Assembly (NCBI GenBank): GCA_904420245.1
Contig: CAJFUL010000038.1
Coordinates: 10,196 to 74,195, forward strand
DNA from: Candidatus Paralachnospira avium
GTDB taxonomy: Bacteria; Bacillota; Clostridia; Lachnospirales; Lachnospiraceae
DNA: 64,000 bases
Direction: 5' to 3'
Part shown: positions 8,762 through 17,716 of the stretch, one piece after another
How positions within the stretch are numbered: the stretch's first letter is position 1
Layout of the letters: the number at the start of each line of letters is the position of its first letter
Position numbers and translations under genes: made by a program
The notes under the pieces: model-generated
What the model was told of the DNA's origin: nothing
The model's input: only the letters and a program-made list of their open reading frames with translations
Databases searched by the model: none

Positions 8762-11221
8762 ATGTCAGGTTATCAGTTTGACAAAGAACAGTTTAAACAA
8801 GAAGTTGTTGGAAATGTAAAAACACTTTACCGCAGGACCATCGAAGAGGCAACCCCTAAACAGGTGTTTCAGGCGGCGGCATATGCCGTGAAGGATGTGC
8901 TCATGGACGGCTGGATCGCCACCCACAGGGCTTATGAAGAACAGGATGTGAAAACCCTGTATTACCTTTCCATGGAGTTTTTGATGGGAAGAGCCCTGGG
9001 AAACAATATCATCAATATCCGGGCAGATCAGCAGATCCGGGAAGCTCTCGATGAATTGGGCTTTGATCTCAACGCCATAGAAGACCAGGAGTCCGATTAC
9101 GCTCTGGGAAACGGAGGCTTGGGCCGTTTGGCTGCCTGTTTTTTGGATTCTTTGGCTTCTTTGGGCTATCCGGCTTACGGCTGCGGGATCCGTTACCGGT
9201 ACGGGCTTTTCAAGCAGAAAATTGAACATGGTTTTCAAGTGGAGGTTCCTGATAACTGGCTCCGGGATGGGAACCCTTTTGAGGTGCGCCGGGATGAATA
9301 TGCTGTGGAAGTAAGATTCGGCGGTCATGTCCGGGTGGAATTTGATGAGAACGGCAGAAGCCATTTTATCCAGGAGGGTTATCAGCCGGTGAGGGCAGTT
9401 CCTTATGATCTGCCGGTGAGCGGGTACGGAAACGGTGTGGTAAATACTCTGATGGTGTGGGATGCGGAACCGATGGATACCTTTGACCTGGAAGCCTTTG
9501 ATAAGGGGGAATACCGCAGGGCAGTGGAGCAGGAGAATCTGGCCAGGAATATTGTGGAGGTTCTCTATCCCAATGATAATCACTATGCCGGGAAGGAGTT
9601 GCGGTTGAAGCAGCAGTATTTCTTTGTGTCGGCCAGTCTCCAGAGGGCTCTGAGGAAATATAAGGCAAAGCATGCCGATCTGCATCATCTGCCGGAAAAA
9701 GTAGTGTTTCAGATGAACGATACTCATCCCACGGTGGCGATACCGGAGCTTATGCGCCTTTTGATCGATGAGGAGGACTTTTCCTGGGAGGATGCCTGGG
9801 ATGTGGTGACGAAATGCTGTGCCTACACCAACCATACGGTCATGGCAGAGGCCTTGGAAAAATGGCCCATTGAGCTGTTTTCCAGACTTCTTCCCAGAAT
9901 TTACCAGATCGTAGAAGAAATCAACAGGAGATTCACGGAGCAGATCCGCCGTATTTATCCGGGAGATGAGGAAAAGGTACGGCGCATGGCGGTCATCTGC
10001 GACGGCCAGGTCAATATGGCACATCTGGCGGTGGCCGGCAGTTTTTCCGTCAACGGCGTGGCCAGGCTTCATACAGAGATCCTGAAAAACCGCGTTTTCC
10101 GGGATTTCTATGAAATGATGCCTCAAAAATTCAATAACAAGACCAATGGGATCACCCAGAGGAGATTCCTGCTCCATGGAAATGAGCGGCTGGCCCGATG
10201 GGTCACGGGAAAGATCGGAGATGAATGGATCACAGACTTATCTCAGATGAAACGGCTGGCCATATACGCGGACGATCCTCAGTGCCGAAAGGAATTCCGG
10301 GAGATCAAGTATCAGAATAAGGTGCGGCTGGCCGGATATATAAAAGAGCATAACGGCATTGACGTGGATCCGTCCTCGATCTTTGATGTGCAGGTAAAAC
10401 GGCTCCATGAATACAAACGTCAGCTCCTCAACATTCTCCATGTGATGTATCTCTATAACCGGCTGAAAGAGGATCCCAATATGGATATGATCCCCAGGAC
10501 GTTTATCTTCGGAGCGAAAGCGGCTGCCGGCTATAAGATCGCCAAGCTGACCATTAAGCTGATCCATTCCGTGGCAGAAGTGATCAATGGAGATCCGTCC
10601 ATCGGGGGAAAGATAAAAGTAGTATTCATTGAGGATTACCGGGTGTCCAATGCGGAGTGGATCTACGCGGCGGCGGACGTGAGCGAACAGATCTCCACAG
10701 CCAGCCGGGAAGGTTCTGGAACCAGCAATATGAAGCTCATGCTCAATGGAGCTCTTACTCTTGGTACCATGGACGGCGCCAATGTGGAGATCGTGGAAGA
10801 GGTCGGAAGAGAAAATGCGTTTATTTTCGGTATGTCCGCGGACGAGGTCATTGGATTTGAGACGTATGGGGGCTATGACCCCATGGAGATCTTCAACCAG
10901 GATCAGGAGATCCGGCAGGTCCTCATGCAGCTGGTCAATGGCTTCTATTCTCCTGAGGATCCGGAACTGTTCCGGGATATTTACAATTCTCTGCTGAATA
11001 CCTACAGTACTTCCAAAGCAGATCCTTATTTCGTGCTGAAGGATTTCCGTGCTTACGCGGAGGCTCAGCAGAGAGTGGATCAGGCCTACCGGGATCCTTC
11101 CTGGTGGGACAGGACCGCCATCTTGAATGTGGCTCATTCCGGCAAGTTCAGCTCAGACCGGACCATTGAGCAGTATGTGGAGGACATCTGGCATCTGGAG
11201 AAGGTAAAAGCCTGGTCCTGA
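8762..11221 (+). CDS. glgP: glycogen/alpha-glucan phosphorylase
   Basis: YLSMEFLMGR, LGNGGLGRLAACF, QMNDTHP, YTNHT, QVKRLHEYKRQ, EGSGTSNMK (PLP lysine); ATG 8762 follows GGAGG. Confidence 0.96.
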   Translation: MSGYQFDKEQFKQEVVGNVKTLYRRTIEEATPKQVFQAAAYAVKDVLMDGWIATHRAYEEQDVKTLYYLSMEFLMGRALGNNIINIRADQQIREALDELGFDLNAIEDQESDYALGNGGLGRLAACFLDSLASLGYPAYGCGIRYRYGLFKQKIEHGFQVEVPDNWLRDGNPFEVRRDEYAVEVRFGGHVRVEFDENGRSHFIQEGYQPVRAVPYDLPVSGYGNGVVNTLMVWDAEPMDTFDLEAFDKGEYRRAVEQENLARNIVEVLYPNDNHYAGKELRLKQQYFFVSASLQRALRKYKAKHADLHHLPEKVVFQMNDTHPTVAIPELMRLLIDEEDFSWEDAWDVVTKCCAYTNHTVMAEALEKWPIELFSRLLPRIYQIVEEINRRFTEQIRRIYPGDEEKVRRMAVICDGQVNMAHLAVAGSFSVNGVARLHTEILKNRVFRDFYEMMPQKFNNKTNGITQRRFLLHGNERLARWVTGKIGDEWITDLSQMKRLAIYADDPQCRKEFREIKYQNKVRLAGYIKEHNGIDVDPSSIFDVQVKRLHEYKRQLLNILHVMYLYNRLKEDPNMDMIPRTFIFGAKAAAGYKIAKLTIKLIHSVAEVINGDPSIGGKIKVVFIEDYRVSNAEWIYAAADVSEQISTASREGSGTSNMKLMLNGALTLGTMDGANVEIVEEVGRENAFIFGMSADEVIGFETYGGYDPMEIFNQDQEIRQVLMQLVNGFYSPEDPELFRDIYNSLLNTYSTSKADPYFVLKDFRAYAEAQQRVDQAYRDPSWWDRTAILNVAHSGKFSSDRTIEQYVEDIWHLEKVKAWS

Positions 11222-11269
11222 AAGCAAAGATCATTGGAATCACCACCCAATCCTGTTGGGAGTGCCGCC

Positions 11270-11298
11270 TTGTAAAGGAAGGGCTGCCATGATACAGT
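11270..11298 (+). promoter_or_regulatory. putative promoter of class II aldolase gene
   Basis: TTGTAA-17-TACAGT with extended TG; +1 predicted near 11305. Confidence 0.45.
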
Positions 11299-11303
11299 AA
11301 TGC

Positions 11304-11321
11304 TGAATTACAGATGGCAGT
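11304..11321 (+). repeat. right copy of 18-nt inverted repeat flanking glgP
   Basis: TGAATTACAGATGGCAGT; its reverse complement matches 8672-8689 at 17/18. Confidence 0.85.
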
Positions 11322-11357
11322 TATACGATGGCATTTCGCGACAAGGAGGGTGGATGA

Positions 11358-12149
11358 ATGAAGTATATTTCGGAACAGGAAGCAAAAGAGATGATCTGCA
11401 GCATTGGGCAGAAGATGTATCAGAGGGGGTTTGTGTCGGCCAATGACGGGAATATCACGATCCGGGTCGGAGACAATACTGTGATCGCGACTCCCACCGG
11501 CGTGAGCAAGGGAGATTTAAGGCCGGATATGCTGCTGAAAGTGGATTTTGACGGGAATATTCTAGAGGGTACCTGGAAAGCTACTTCAGAGCTTCCGATG
11601 CACCTTAGGATCTACAAAGAAAACGATGAGGTAATGTCAACGGCCCATGCACATCCCACGTTTTTGAACTTATTTGCCAACCTGGGAATGGAACTGGATA
11701 TGTCTCTGACACCGGCTACGGCAGCGATTTCCGGGCGGATCCCGGTGGCGCCTTACCAGAATCCCGGTTCTGAGGAGCTGGCGGCATCTGTGGCTCCCTA
11801 CTGCAAGGATTACAATGTGGTGATGTTGGCGAACCATGGTCCCATTTCATGGGGAAAGACTCCCATTGAGGCATGGTATATCCTGGAAGATGCGGAGAGC
11901 TACGCAAAGCTGGCTCTGCTCCACAAATTCGTTGTGAAGACAGATTATCGTCCCATTTCCATGGAACAGATCAAGCTTTTGGCGGATACTCACGACCTGG
12001 TGATCAACCCTAAGCGTCTGGTCAATGCGCCGGAAACCACCAACAATCAGGAGCCGGCAGTTTCTCTGGATGCGTTCCATCCCGATGAAGGGTGGCTTGA
12101 CGCTTTAGCTGAAAAAGTGGCAGCAGCAGTTGCGGAAAAGATCAAATAA
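11358..12149 (+). CDS. class II aldolase/adducin family protein (fuculose-1-phosphate aldolase-like)
   Basis: ANDGNIT, TPTGVSK, TSELPMH, HAHP and NHG Zn ligands; AAGGAGG RBS. Confidence 0.9.
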   Translation: MKYISEQEAKEMICSIGQKMYQRGFVSANDGNITIRVGDNTVIATPTGVSKGDLRPDMLLKVDFDGNILEGTWKATSELPMHLRIYKENDEVMSTAHAHPTFLNLFANLGMELDMSLTPATAAISGRIPVAPYQNPGSEELAASVAPYCKDYNVVMLANHGPISWGKTPIEAWYILEDAESYAKLALLHKFVVKTDYRPISMEQIKLLADTHDLVINPKRLVNAPETTNNQEPAVSLDAFHPDEGWLDALAEKVAAAVAEKIK

Positions 12150-12165
12150 ATATCAGCAGATAGTA

Positions 12166-12196
12166 AAAATGGCACGGCCTTTGGCCGTGCCTTTTT
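12166..12196 (+). terminator. Rho-independent terminator
   Basis: GGCACGGCC-ttt-GGCCGTGCC-TTTTT. Confidence 0.88.
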
Positions 12197-12435
12197 GCGT
12201 TATGGAACACCGCGTTTCAAAAGGAACAAAGGCACCGCGGTGATGCGGGCCGTGTACATTCTTGGTTTTCCGGATAGAAAAGATCCGGATGCATGACGAA
12301 GGGGACGGGGTGCGATTCTAATATGTAAGGGGTGCGGATGAGTGAATATAGACAAAAAAACTTTAATTTTTCAGAAAAATATGGTTAAGTTATACATAGA
12401 AATTGAATGCGGAACGGTTGAAGGGAGGCAATTTG

Positions 12436-13965
12436 ATGGGAGAGACAGCATTGCTGGAGATGAAGCACATTTCCAAATCCTTCCCAGGGGTCCGGGCATT
12501 GGATGATGTCAGCCTGACAGTAAAAAAAGGCGAGGTCCATATTCTGGTGGGGGAAAACGGAGCGGGGAAATCTACTTTGATCAAAATCCTCTGCGGGCTC
12601 CATACCGACTATGAGGGGGAGATTTTCATAGAGGGGGAAAAGGTGACGCTGAAGGATCCCCATGACGCGCTGGAACATGGGATCGCGACGATCCATCAGG
12701 AGCTGAACCAGGTCCCCACCATGACCATTGCGGAAAACCTGTTTCTGGGACGGGAACCCTTGATGGCAGGCAGGCTGATCGACGACAGGAAGATCTACCG
12801 GGAGGCCAGGGAAATCTTAGAGGCGCAGGGGCTGGATTACGATCCTCATACACTGGTGAGAAATCTGACGGTATCTCAGATGCAGATGATCGAGATCGCC
12901 AAGTCCGTATCTCAGAAGGCCAGGATCATCATCATGGATGAGCCGACTTCGGCCATCACGGATGCAGAAGTGAAGACGTTGTTCAAATGCATTGAAAAGC
13001 TGAAGGCAGAAGGAGCCGGGATCATCTATATCTCGCATCGTCTGGAGGAGATGTTTGAGATCGGAGACAGGGTCACGATCCTCCGGGATGGTCAGTATAT
13101 CGACACGAAAGAAGTAAAGGATGTGACCAGAGGGGACATCATTAAAATGATGGTGGGCCGGGAACTCAATAACATTTATCCGGCGAAACAGCATATCGCC
13201 ACAGACCGGGTGGTATTGGAAGTAAAAAATCTGACAGGTCATAAGCGTTTTGAAAATATCAGCTTTAAACTCCATGCCGGAGAGATCCTGGGACTGGCGG
13301 GGTTAATGGGAGCCGGAAGGACAGAGATCGCCAGGGCCTTATTCGGACTGGATCCCATAGATTCCGGAGAGATTTATCTGGATGGAAAAAAGATCACCAT
13401 AAAGAATACATCGGACGCCATGAAGCACGGGATCATGATGGCGACAGAGGACAGGAAACGGTACGGTTTGGTGCTGAAGGCCACAATCGGAGAAAATATC
13501 GGGCTTCCCAATCTGAGAAAGTTTCTGGGGAAAAGCGGATTTTTACTGGATGGAAAGAAAGAGCAGCGGATGGAAAAGGAAGTCTTTGATGAACTGGGGG
13601 TAAAGGCTCCCACTATGCATGTGAAAGCCAGTTCCCTTTCCGGAGGAAATCAGCAGAAAGTGGTCCTCGCCAAGTGGATCCTGGCAAATCCGAAAGTGTT
13701 CATTCTGGACGAACCCACCAGAGGGATCGACGTGGGAGCCAAATATGAGATCTATAAGATCATGACGGAGCTGGCTTCCAAAGGAATGGCGATCCTGATG
13801 ATCTCTTCAGAACTGCCGGAAGTCATCGGTATGTGCGACAGGGTCCTGATCATGCGGGAGCACTACCTGGCCGGTGAAGTGAGCCAGGAAGAGATCAACC
13901 AGGAGACCATTATGGAATTTGCTTCCGCCAATGTAGAAGAACTGCGGAAGGCAAATGCGAGATAG
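12436..13965 (+). CDS. monosaccharide ABC transporter ATP-binding protein (RbsA-like)
   Basis: GENGAGKST, IMDEPT, LSGGNQQK, DEPTRGIDVGAK; ATG 12436 follows GGAGG. Confidence 0.95.
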   Translation: MGETALLEMKHISKSFPGVRALDDVSLTVKKGEVHILVGENGAGKSTLIKILCGLHTDYEGEIFIEGEKVTLKDPHDALEHGIATIHQELNQVPTMTIAENLFLGREPLMAGRLIDDRKIYREAREILEAQGLDYDPHTLVRNLTVSQMQMIEIAKSVSQKARIIIMDEPTSAITDAEVKTLFKCIEKLKAEGAGIIYISHRLEEMFEIGDRVTILRDGQYIDTKEVKDVTRGDIIKMMVGRELNNIYPAKQHIATDRVVLEVKNLTGHKRFENISFKLHAGEILGLAGLMGAGRTEIARALFGLDPIDSGEIYLDGKKITIKNTSDAMKHGIMMATEDRKRYGLVLKATIGENIGLPNLRKFLGKSGFLLDGKKEQRMEKEVFDELGVKAPTMHVKASSLSGGNQQKVVLAKWILANPKVFILDEPTRGIDVGAKYEIYKIMTELASKGMAILMISSELPEVIGMCDRVLIMREHYLAGEVSQEEINQETIMEFASANVEELRKANAR

Positions 13966-13974
13966 GAGGACGAG

Positions 13975-14979
13975 ATGAATAAGGCAGGAAATACAAAGAC
14001 AGGCCAGAAGGGCCGAATCGTACAGACTATTTTCAAAAAGTACATGATCTATATCTTATTTGCGGCAATCTTTATCATCAGTTCTTTTGCCAGCCCGGCG
14101 TTTTTGAAAGTGAGCAACCTGATCAACATCCTGCGGCAGACAGCGGTCTACGCGATCATCGCATTTCCCATCACGATGCTGATCATTTCCGGCGTGACAG
14201 ACTTGTCTCCCGGTTCTGTGGCAGCTTTTACCGGCGTGGCAGGGATCGTCATGTATGTGGATCTGACGACGAAAATGGGAATGGCGCCTGTCTGGGCCGG
14301 AATCCTTGCGGTGGCCTATTCTATTATCCTGGGCGCCATTATCGGATATGTGAACGGACTGATCATCACGAAATTTAAAGTTCCCGCTTTCATGGCGACG
14401 CTGGCCATGATGACTTCCATAAGAGGAGCAGCGCTGCTCTATACGGGCGGGAATGTCATCTACCAGATCGGGGACATTGCGATATTGGGAAGAGGAAATA
14501 TCCTGGGTGTTCCCATTCCTGTATGGATCATGCTGATCCTGTTTGTGGTATTTGCGGTGCTGTTGAAAAAGACCATGTACGGCCGTTATATCTACGCCAT
14601 TGGCGGAAATGAAGAAGCGGCGGTGGCTTCCGGTATCAATGTAAATAAGATCCGTCATATTTCTTATGTGATCCAGGGAGCGATGGGCGGTCTGGCCGGT
14701 ATCCTTCTGATGTGCCGGTTGAATACGGGACAGCCCACCGCCGGAGAAGGATATGAGTTTGACGCCATTACCGGAGCGGTTTTGGGCGGCACCAGCTTCA
14801 CCGGAGGAGAGGGAACCATGTTCGGAACTCTGATCGGTATCCTGATCGTCGGTATGATCAATAATATTTTCAATCTGCTCTCTGTACAGTCCTATTATCA
14901 TCAGATCCTGAAAGGAGTCCTGATCGTAGTGGCCGTGATCATTGATATGAAGGGGAAAAATTCCAAGATCATGGCGTGA
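13975..14979 (+). CDS. monosaccharide ABC transporter permease (RbsC-like)
   Basis: DLSPGS, GRYIYAIGGNEEAA, YEFDAITGAVLGGTS. Confidence 0.95.
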   Translation: MNKAGNTKTGQKGRIVQTIFKKYMIYILFAAIFIISSFASPAFLKVSNLINILRQTAVYAIIAFPITMLIISGVTDLSPGSVAAFTGVAGIVMYVDLTTKMGMAPVWAGILAVAYSIILGAIIGYVNGLIITKFKVPAFMATLAMMTSIRGAALLYTGGNVIYQIGDIAILGRGNILGVPIPVWIMLILFVVFAVLLKKTMYGRYIYAIGGNEEAAVASGINVNKIRHISYVIQGAMGGLAGILLMCRLNTGQPTAGEGYEFDAITGAVLGGTSFTGGEGTMFGTLIGILIVGMINNIFNLLSVQSYYHQILKGVLIVVAVIIDMKGKNSKIMA

Positions 14980-15056
14980 CGGGAGCATGGATATATGCGG
15001 GAGGGGAAGTCTCCCGGCCGCTTATATAAATAAAATTTCCAAAAGGAGGAAAAGGT

Positions 15057-16127
15057 ATGAAGAAACTGATGTCATTGTTGCTGGCCGTTGTTATGGTCCT
15101 GTCACTGGCAGGCTGCGGGAGCAGCGGCGGGGATGAGACCGAGGCGCCTACGACTCAGGCCGAGGGTGAAAGCAGTGAGAGCCAGGGAGAAGAAACGGGA
15201 GGCGGCGAGAGCCAGGCTGAAGCGGATGAGCCTTTTACCATTGGGTTTGCTGCCAAAGGTCTGTCAGATCCGTTCACGTCCATGGAAGCCGCTGAGTACA
15301 TGAGACAGGCAGAAGCCAATTGGGGCGGAAAACTGGAGCTTCTGCAGGTGGACTGCGAATTTGATACCAACAAGCAGATCGAGGTACTGGAGAATTTTAT
15401 CGCTCAGGATGTAGATGCCATTATCTGCCAGACAGATGATCCGGAAGCAGTCCTTCCCATTGTAGAGGAGTGTAAGGAGAAGGGGATCTATTTCATCAAC
15501 GATCTGATCATCGACAATGATTGGGCGTATACCGTAGAATCCAATCCTCAGGACGACGGCGAACTGCTGGGAGAATATGCGGTAGAGTGGTTTGAGAAGA
15601 ATGGTGTAGAAGATCCTGTCATCCTCTTCATGCAGGGTGAAGTAGGCAATCAGCATGCCAATGCTCGTGAGCAGTACTGCAAGGAAGTGCTGGAGGCAGC
15701 AGGCTACACCGTCACCGATACCAATACGGCCAACTGGCTGAGGGATGAGGCCATTGCCCTGATGGAGAACTGGTGCCAGGTTTATGACCATATCGATGCA
15801 GTCATCTGCGCCAATGATGATATGGGTCTCGGCGTAGTCCAGGTTCTGGAACAGGAAGGCCGTCTGGACGGGACCATGGTGATCTCCGTGGATGCGCTGG
15901 CCGGAGCTGTCAAATCCGTGGATGAAGGCAAACTGACCATGACCATCGGAAAAGATATTGTGGCTGGCTGCGAAATGTCCCTTCAGCTGGCATATGATCT
16001 GTGCAGCGGTGCCGGGGATTCTGCCGAGAAGGTACAGAAGGTGCCTAAGGATATCATCACCAAGGATGATCCGGAAACTCTTCAGAAGTGGATCGACATC
16101 CATACGGAAGCTGGTACATATCAGTAA
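15057..16127 (+). CDS. sugar ABC transporter substrate-binding lipoprotein
   Basis: Lipobox LAGC, acidic linker, Peripla_BP motifs ANW..., CANDDMGLG. Confidence 0.92.
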   Translation: MKKLMSLLLAVVMVLSLAGCGSSGGDETEAPTTQAEGESSESQGEETGGGESQAEADEPFTIGFAAKGLSDPFTSMEAAEYMRQAEANWGGKLELLQVDCEFDTNKQIEVLENFIAQDVDAIICQTDDPEAVLPIVEECKEKGIYFINDLIIDNDWAYTVESNPQDDGELLGEYAVEWFEKNGVEDPVILFMQGEVGNQHANAREQYCKEVLEAAGYTVTDTNTANWLRDEAIALMENWCQVYDHIDAVICANDDMGLGVVQVLEQEGRLDGTMVISVDALAGAVKSVDEGKLTMTIGKDIVAGCEMSLQLAYDLCSGAGDSAEKVQKVPKDIITKDDPETLQKWIDIHTEAGTYQ

Positions 16128-16161
16128 GATCTGTCCACAGTAAAACAGCAGCATAAGGAAA

Positions 16162-16202
16162 GGAAGATAGTGGAGGAGCCTTACGCTTCTTCACTATTTT
16201 CC
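16162..16202 (+). other. intercistronic stem-loop after the SBP gene
   Basis: GGAAGATAGTGGAGGAGC/GCTTCTTCACTATTTTCC imperfect hairpin, possibly stabilising or partly terminating. Confidence 0.55.
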
Positions 16203-16222
16203 ATCTTACAGGGAGGAATCAT

Positions 16223-17716
16223 ATGATGGAAAAACATTATATTGCGGTAGACTGCGGTTCCAGCGGCGGGAAGATGATCGACATGGCGTATGACGGCGCA
16301 TCGGTGCGCATCGCTGCTGCCAGACCTTTTCAATATGAACCGGTGACGGTGGCGGGCTGTATGTACAACGACATCCTTCATATCTATGACCAGGTGCTTA
16401 AGCAGTTCAAGGGATTCGTGCAGACAAATGGAAAAGGGACCACTGCTTCCATCGGCGTCACCACCTGGGGCGGCGACTATGGATTATTCGGCGAAAACGG
16501 CCAGCTTTTATCCAATATGTTCCAGCACAGAGATGAGAGGACACTGATAACCAAAAAGGAATTTTTTGAAAGGATAACCCACAGAGAATTTTACCAGGAG
16601 ACCGGAAGTGTATTTTTTCTGGGGATCGGCCCTTCTCAGCTGTTGGCAGATAAACGTTTTTCCGATATTTACGAAAAGGCAAAGCTGCTGATGGGGACAG
16701 CTTCCGTACTGACGTACTTTTTGTCCGGTATACCTGCCATGGACGATACATTGGCTTCTTCTTTGGGATTTACGGATCTCTCAGCCGGACAGTATCATGT
16801 ACCGCTTCTGGCCAGACTGGGACTCCGGACGGATATTTTTCCTCCCCTCTTAAAAGCGGGAACGGTCATGGGAAAAGTAGCTTCCGGTGTGGCGGAATAT
16901 ATCGGAGACAGAGATGTTTCCGTGGTTTTGGATGCCGGGCATGATACGCCGGCGGCTCTGCCGGGAATTGACGGGCTGGATGGGGAGACAGCGTTTATCA
17001 GTATGGGGACCATGATGCTGGTGGGAGTCCGGACAAAGGAGCCTATTGTGAATGAAAAACTGTTTCAGGGAAATTTCCGGACGGTGAAGGGTTTTCTGGA
17101 AAATTGGACCATATACCGGGATGTCCAGGGATTTTGGATCTTAAATCAGTGCATGAAGAGTTTCCGGGATCACGGATATGACTATGGATTTGACCAGCTG
17201 GAGGCCATGGCCAGACAGCTTCCGGCCGGGAAGTATGTGATCAATCCAAACGCGCCGTTGTTTTATCACCGGACAAAAGATATGGTCTCCAGAGTGCAGG
17301 ATTATTGCCGGGAAAAAGGACAGCCTGTGCCGGAACGGCCGGAAGAGATCTACCGCTGTCTCATAGACAGTTATGGTCTGGCTGCCAGAAATTGCATAGA
17401 AGAATTGGAACGGGGAATTGGGGGCAGGATAAAAAGGATCCGTCTTTTCAATGGCGGATGCCAGTGCAGCTTGCTGGGAGAGGTGATCTCTGCCTGCACC
17501 GGCCTTCCTTTGGAATCGGGAGTCCGGTACGCGACCGCGGCGGGAAATGCTCTGATCCAGATGTATGCGGCCGGGGAGCTGAGCTCGGAAGCGGAGATGC
17601 GGGAGCTGTCCAGAAAATCTTTCGGATTCAGGGATCTGACTGTGAAGCAGGATGATTTTTGGGACGAACTGTATGCGGAACAGATGCAGCTGTGGAAAAA
17701 GGATGGGTTGGAATGA
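16223..17716 (+). CDS. rhamnulokinase/L-fuculokinase-like FGGY kinase
   Basis: IAVDCGSSGG, SIGVTTWGGDYGL, RDERT, GHDT, ATAAGNALIQ. Confidence 0.85.
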   Translation: MMEKHYIAVDCGSSGGKMIDMAYDGASVRIAAARPFQYEPVTVAGCMYNDILHIYDQVLKQFKGFVQTNGKGTTASIGVTTWGGDYGLFGENGQLLSNMFQHRDERTLITKKEFFERITHREFYQETGSVFFLGIGPSQLLADKRFSDIYEKAKLLMGTASVLTYFLSGIPAMDDTLASSLGFTDLSAGQYHVPLLARLGLRTDIFPPLLKAGTVMGKVASGVAEYIGDRDVSVVLDAGHDTPAALPGIDGLDGETAFISMGTMMLVGVRTKEPIVNEKLFQGNFRTVKGFLENWTIYRDVQGFWILNQCMKSFRDHGYDYGFDQLEAMARQLPAGKYVINPNAPLFYHRTKDMVSRVQDYCREKGQPVPERPEEIYRCLIDSYGLAARNCIEELERGIGGRIKRIRLFNGGCQCSLLGEVISACTGLPLESGVRYATAAGNALIQMYAAGELSSEAEMRELSRKSFGFRDLTVKQDDFWDELYAEQMQLWKKDGLE

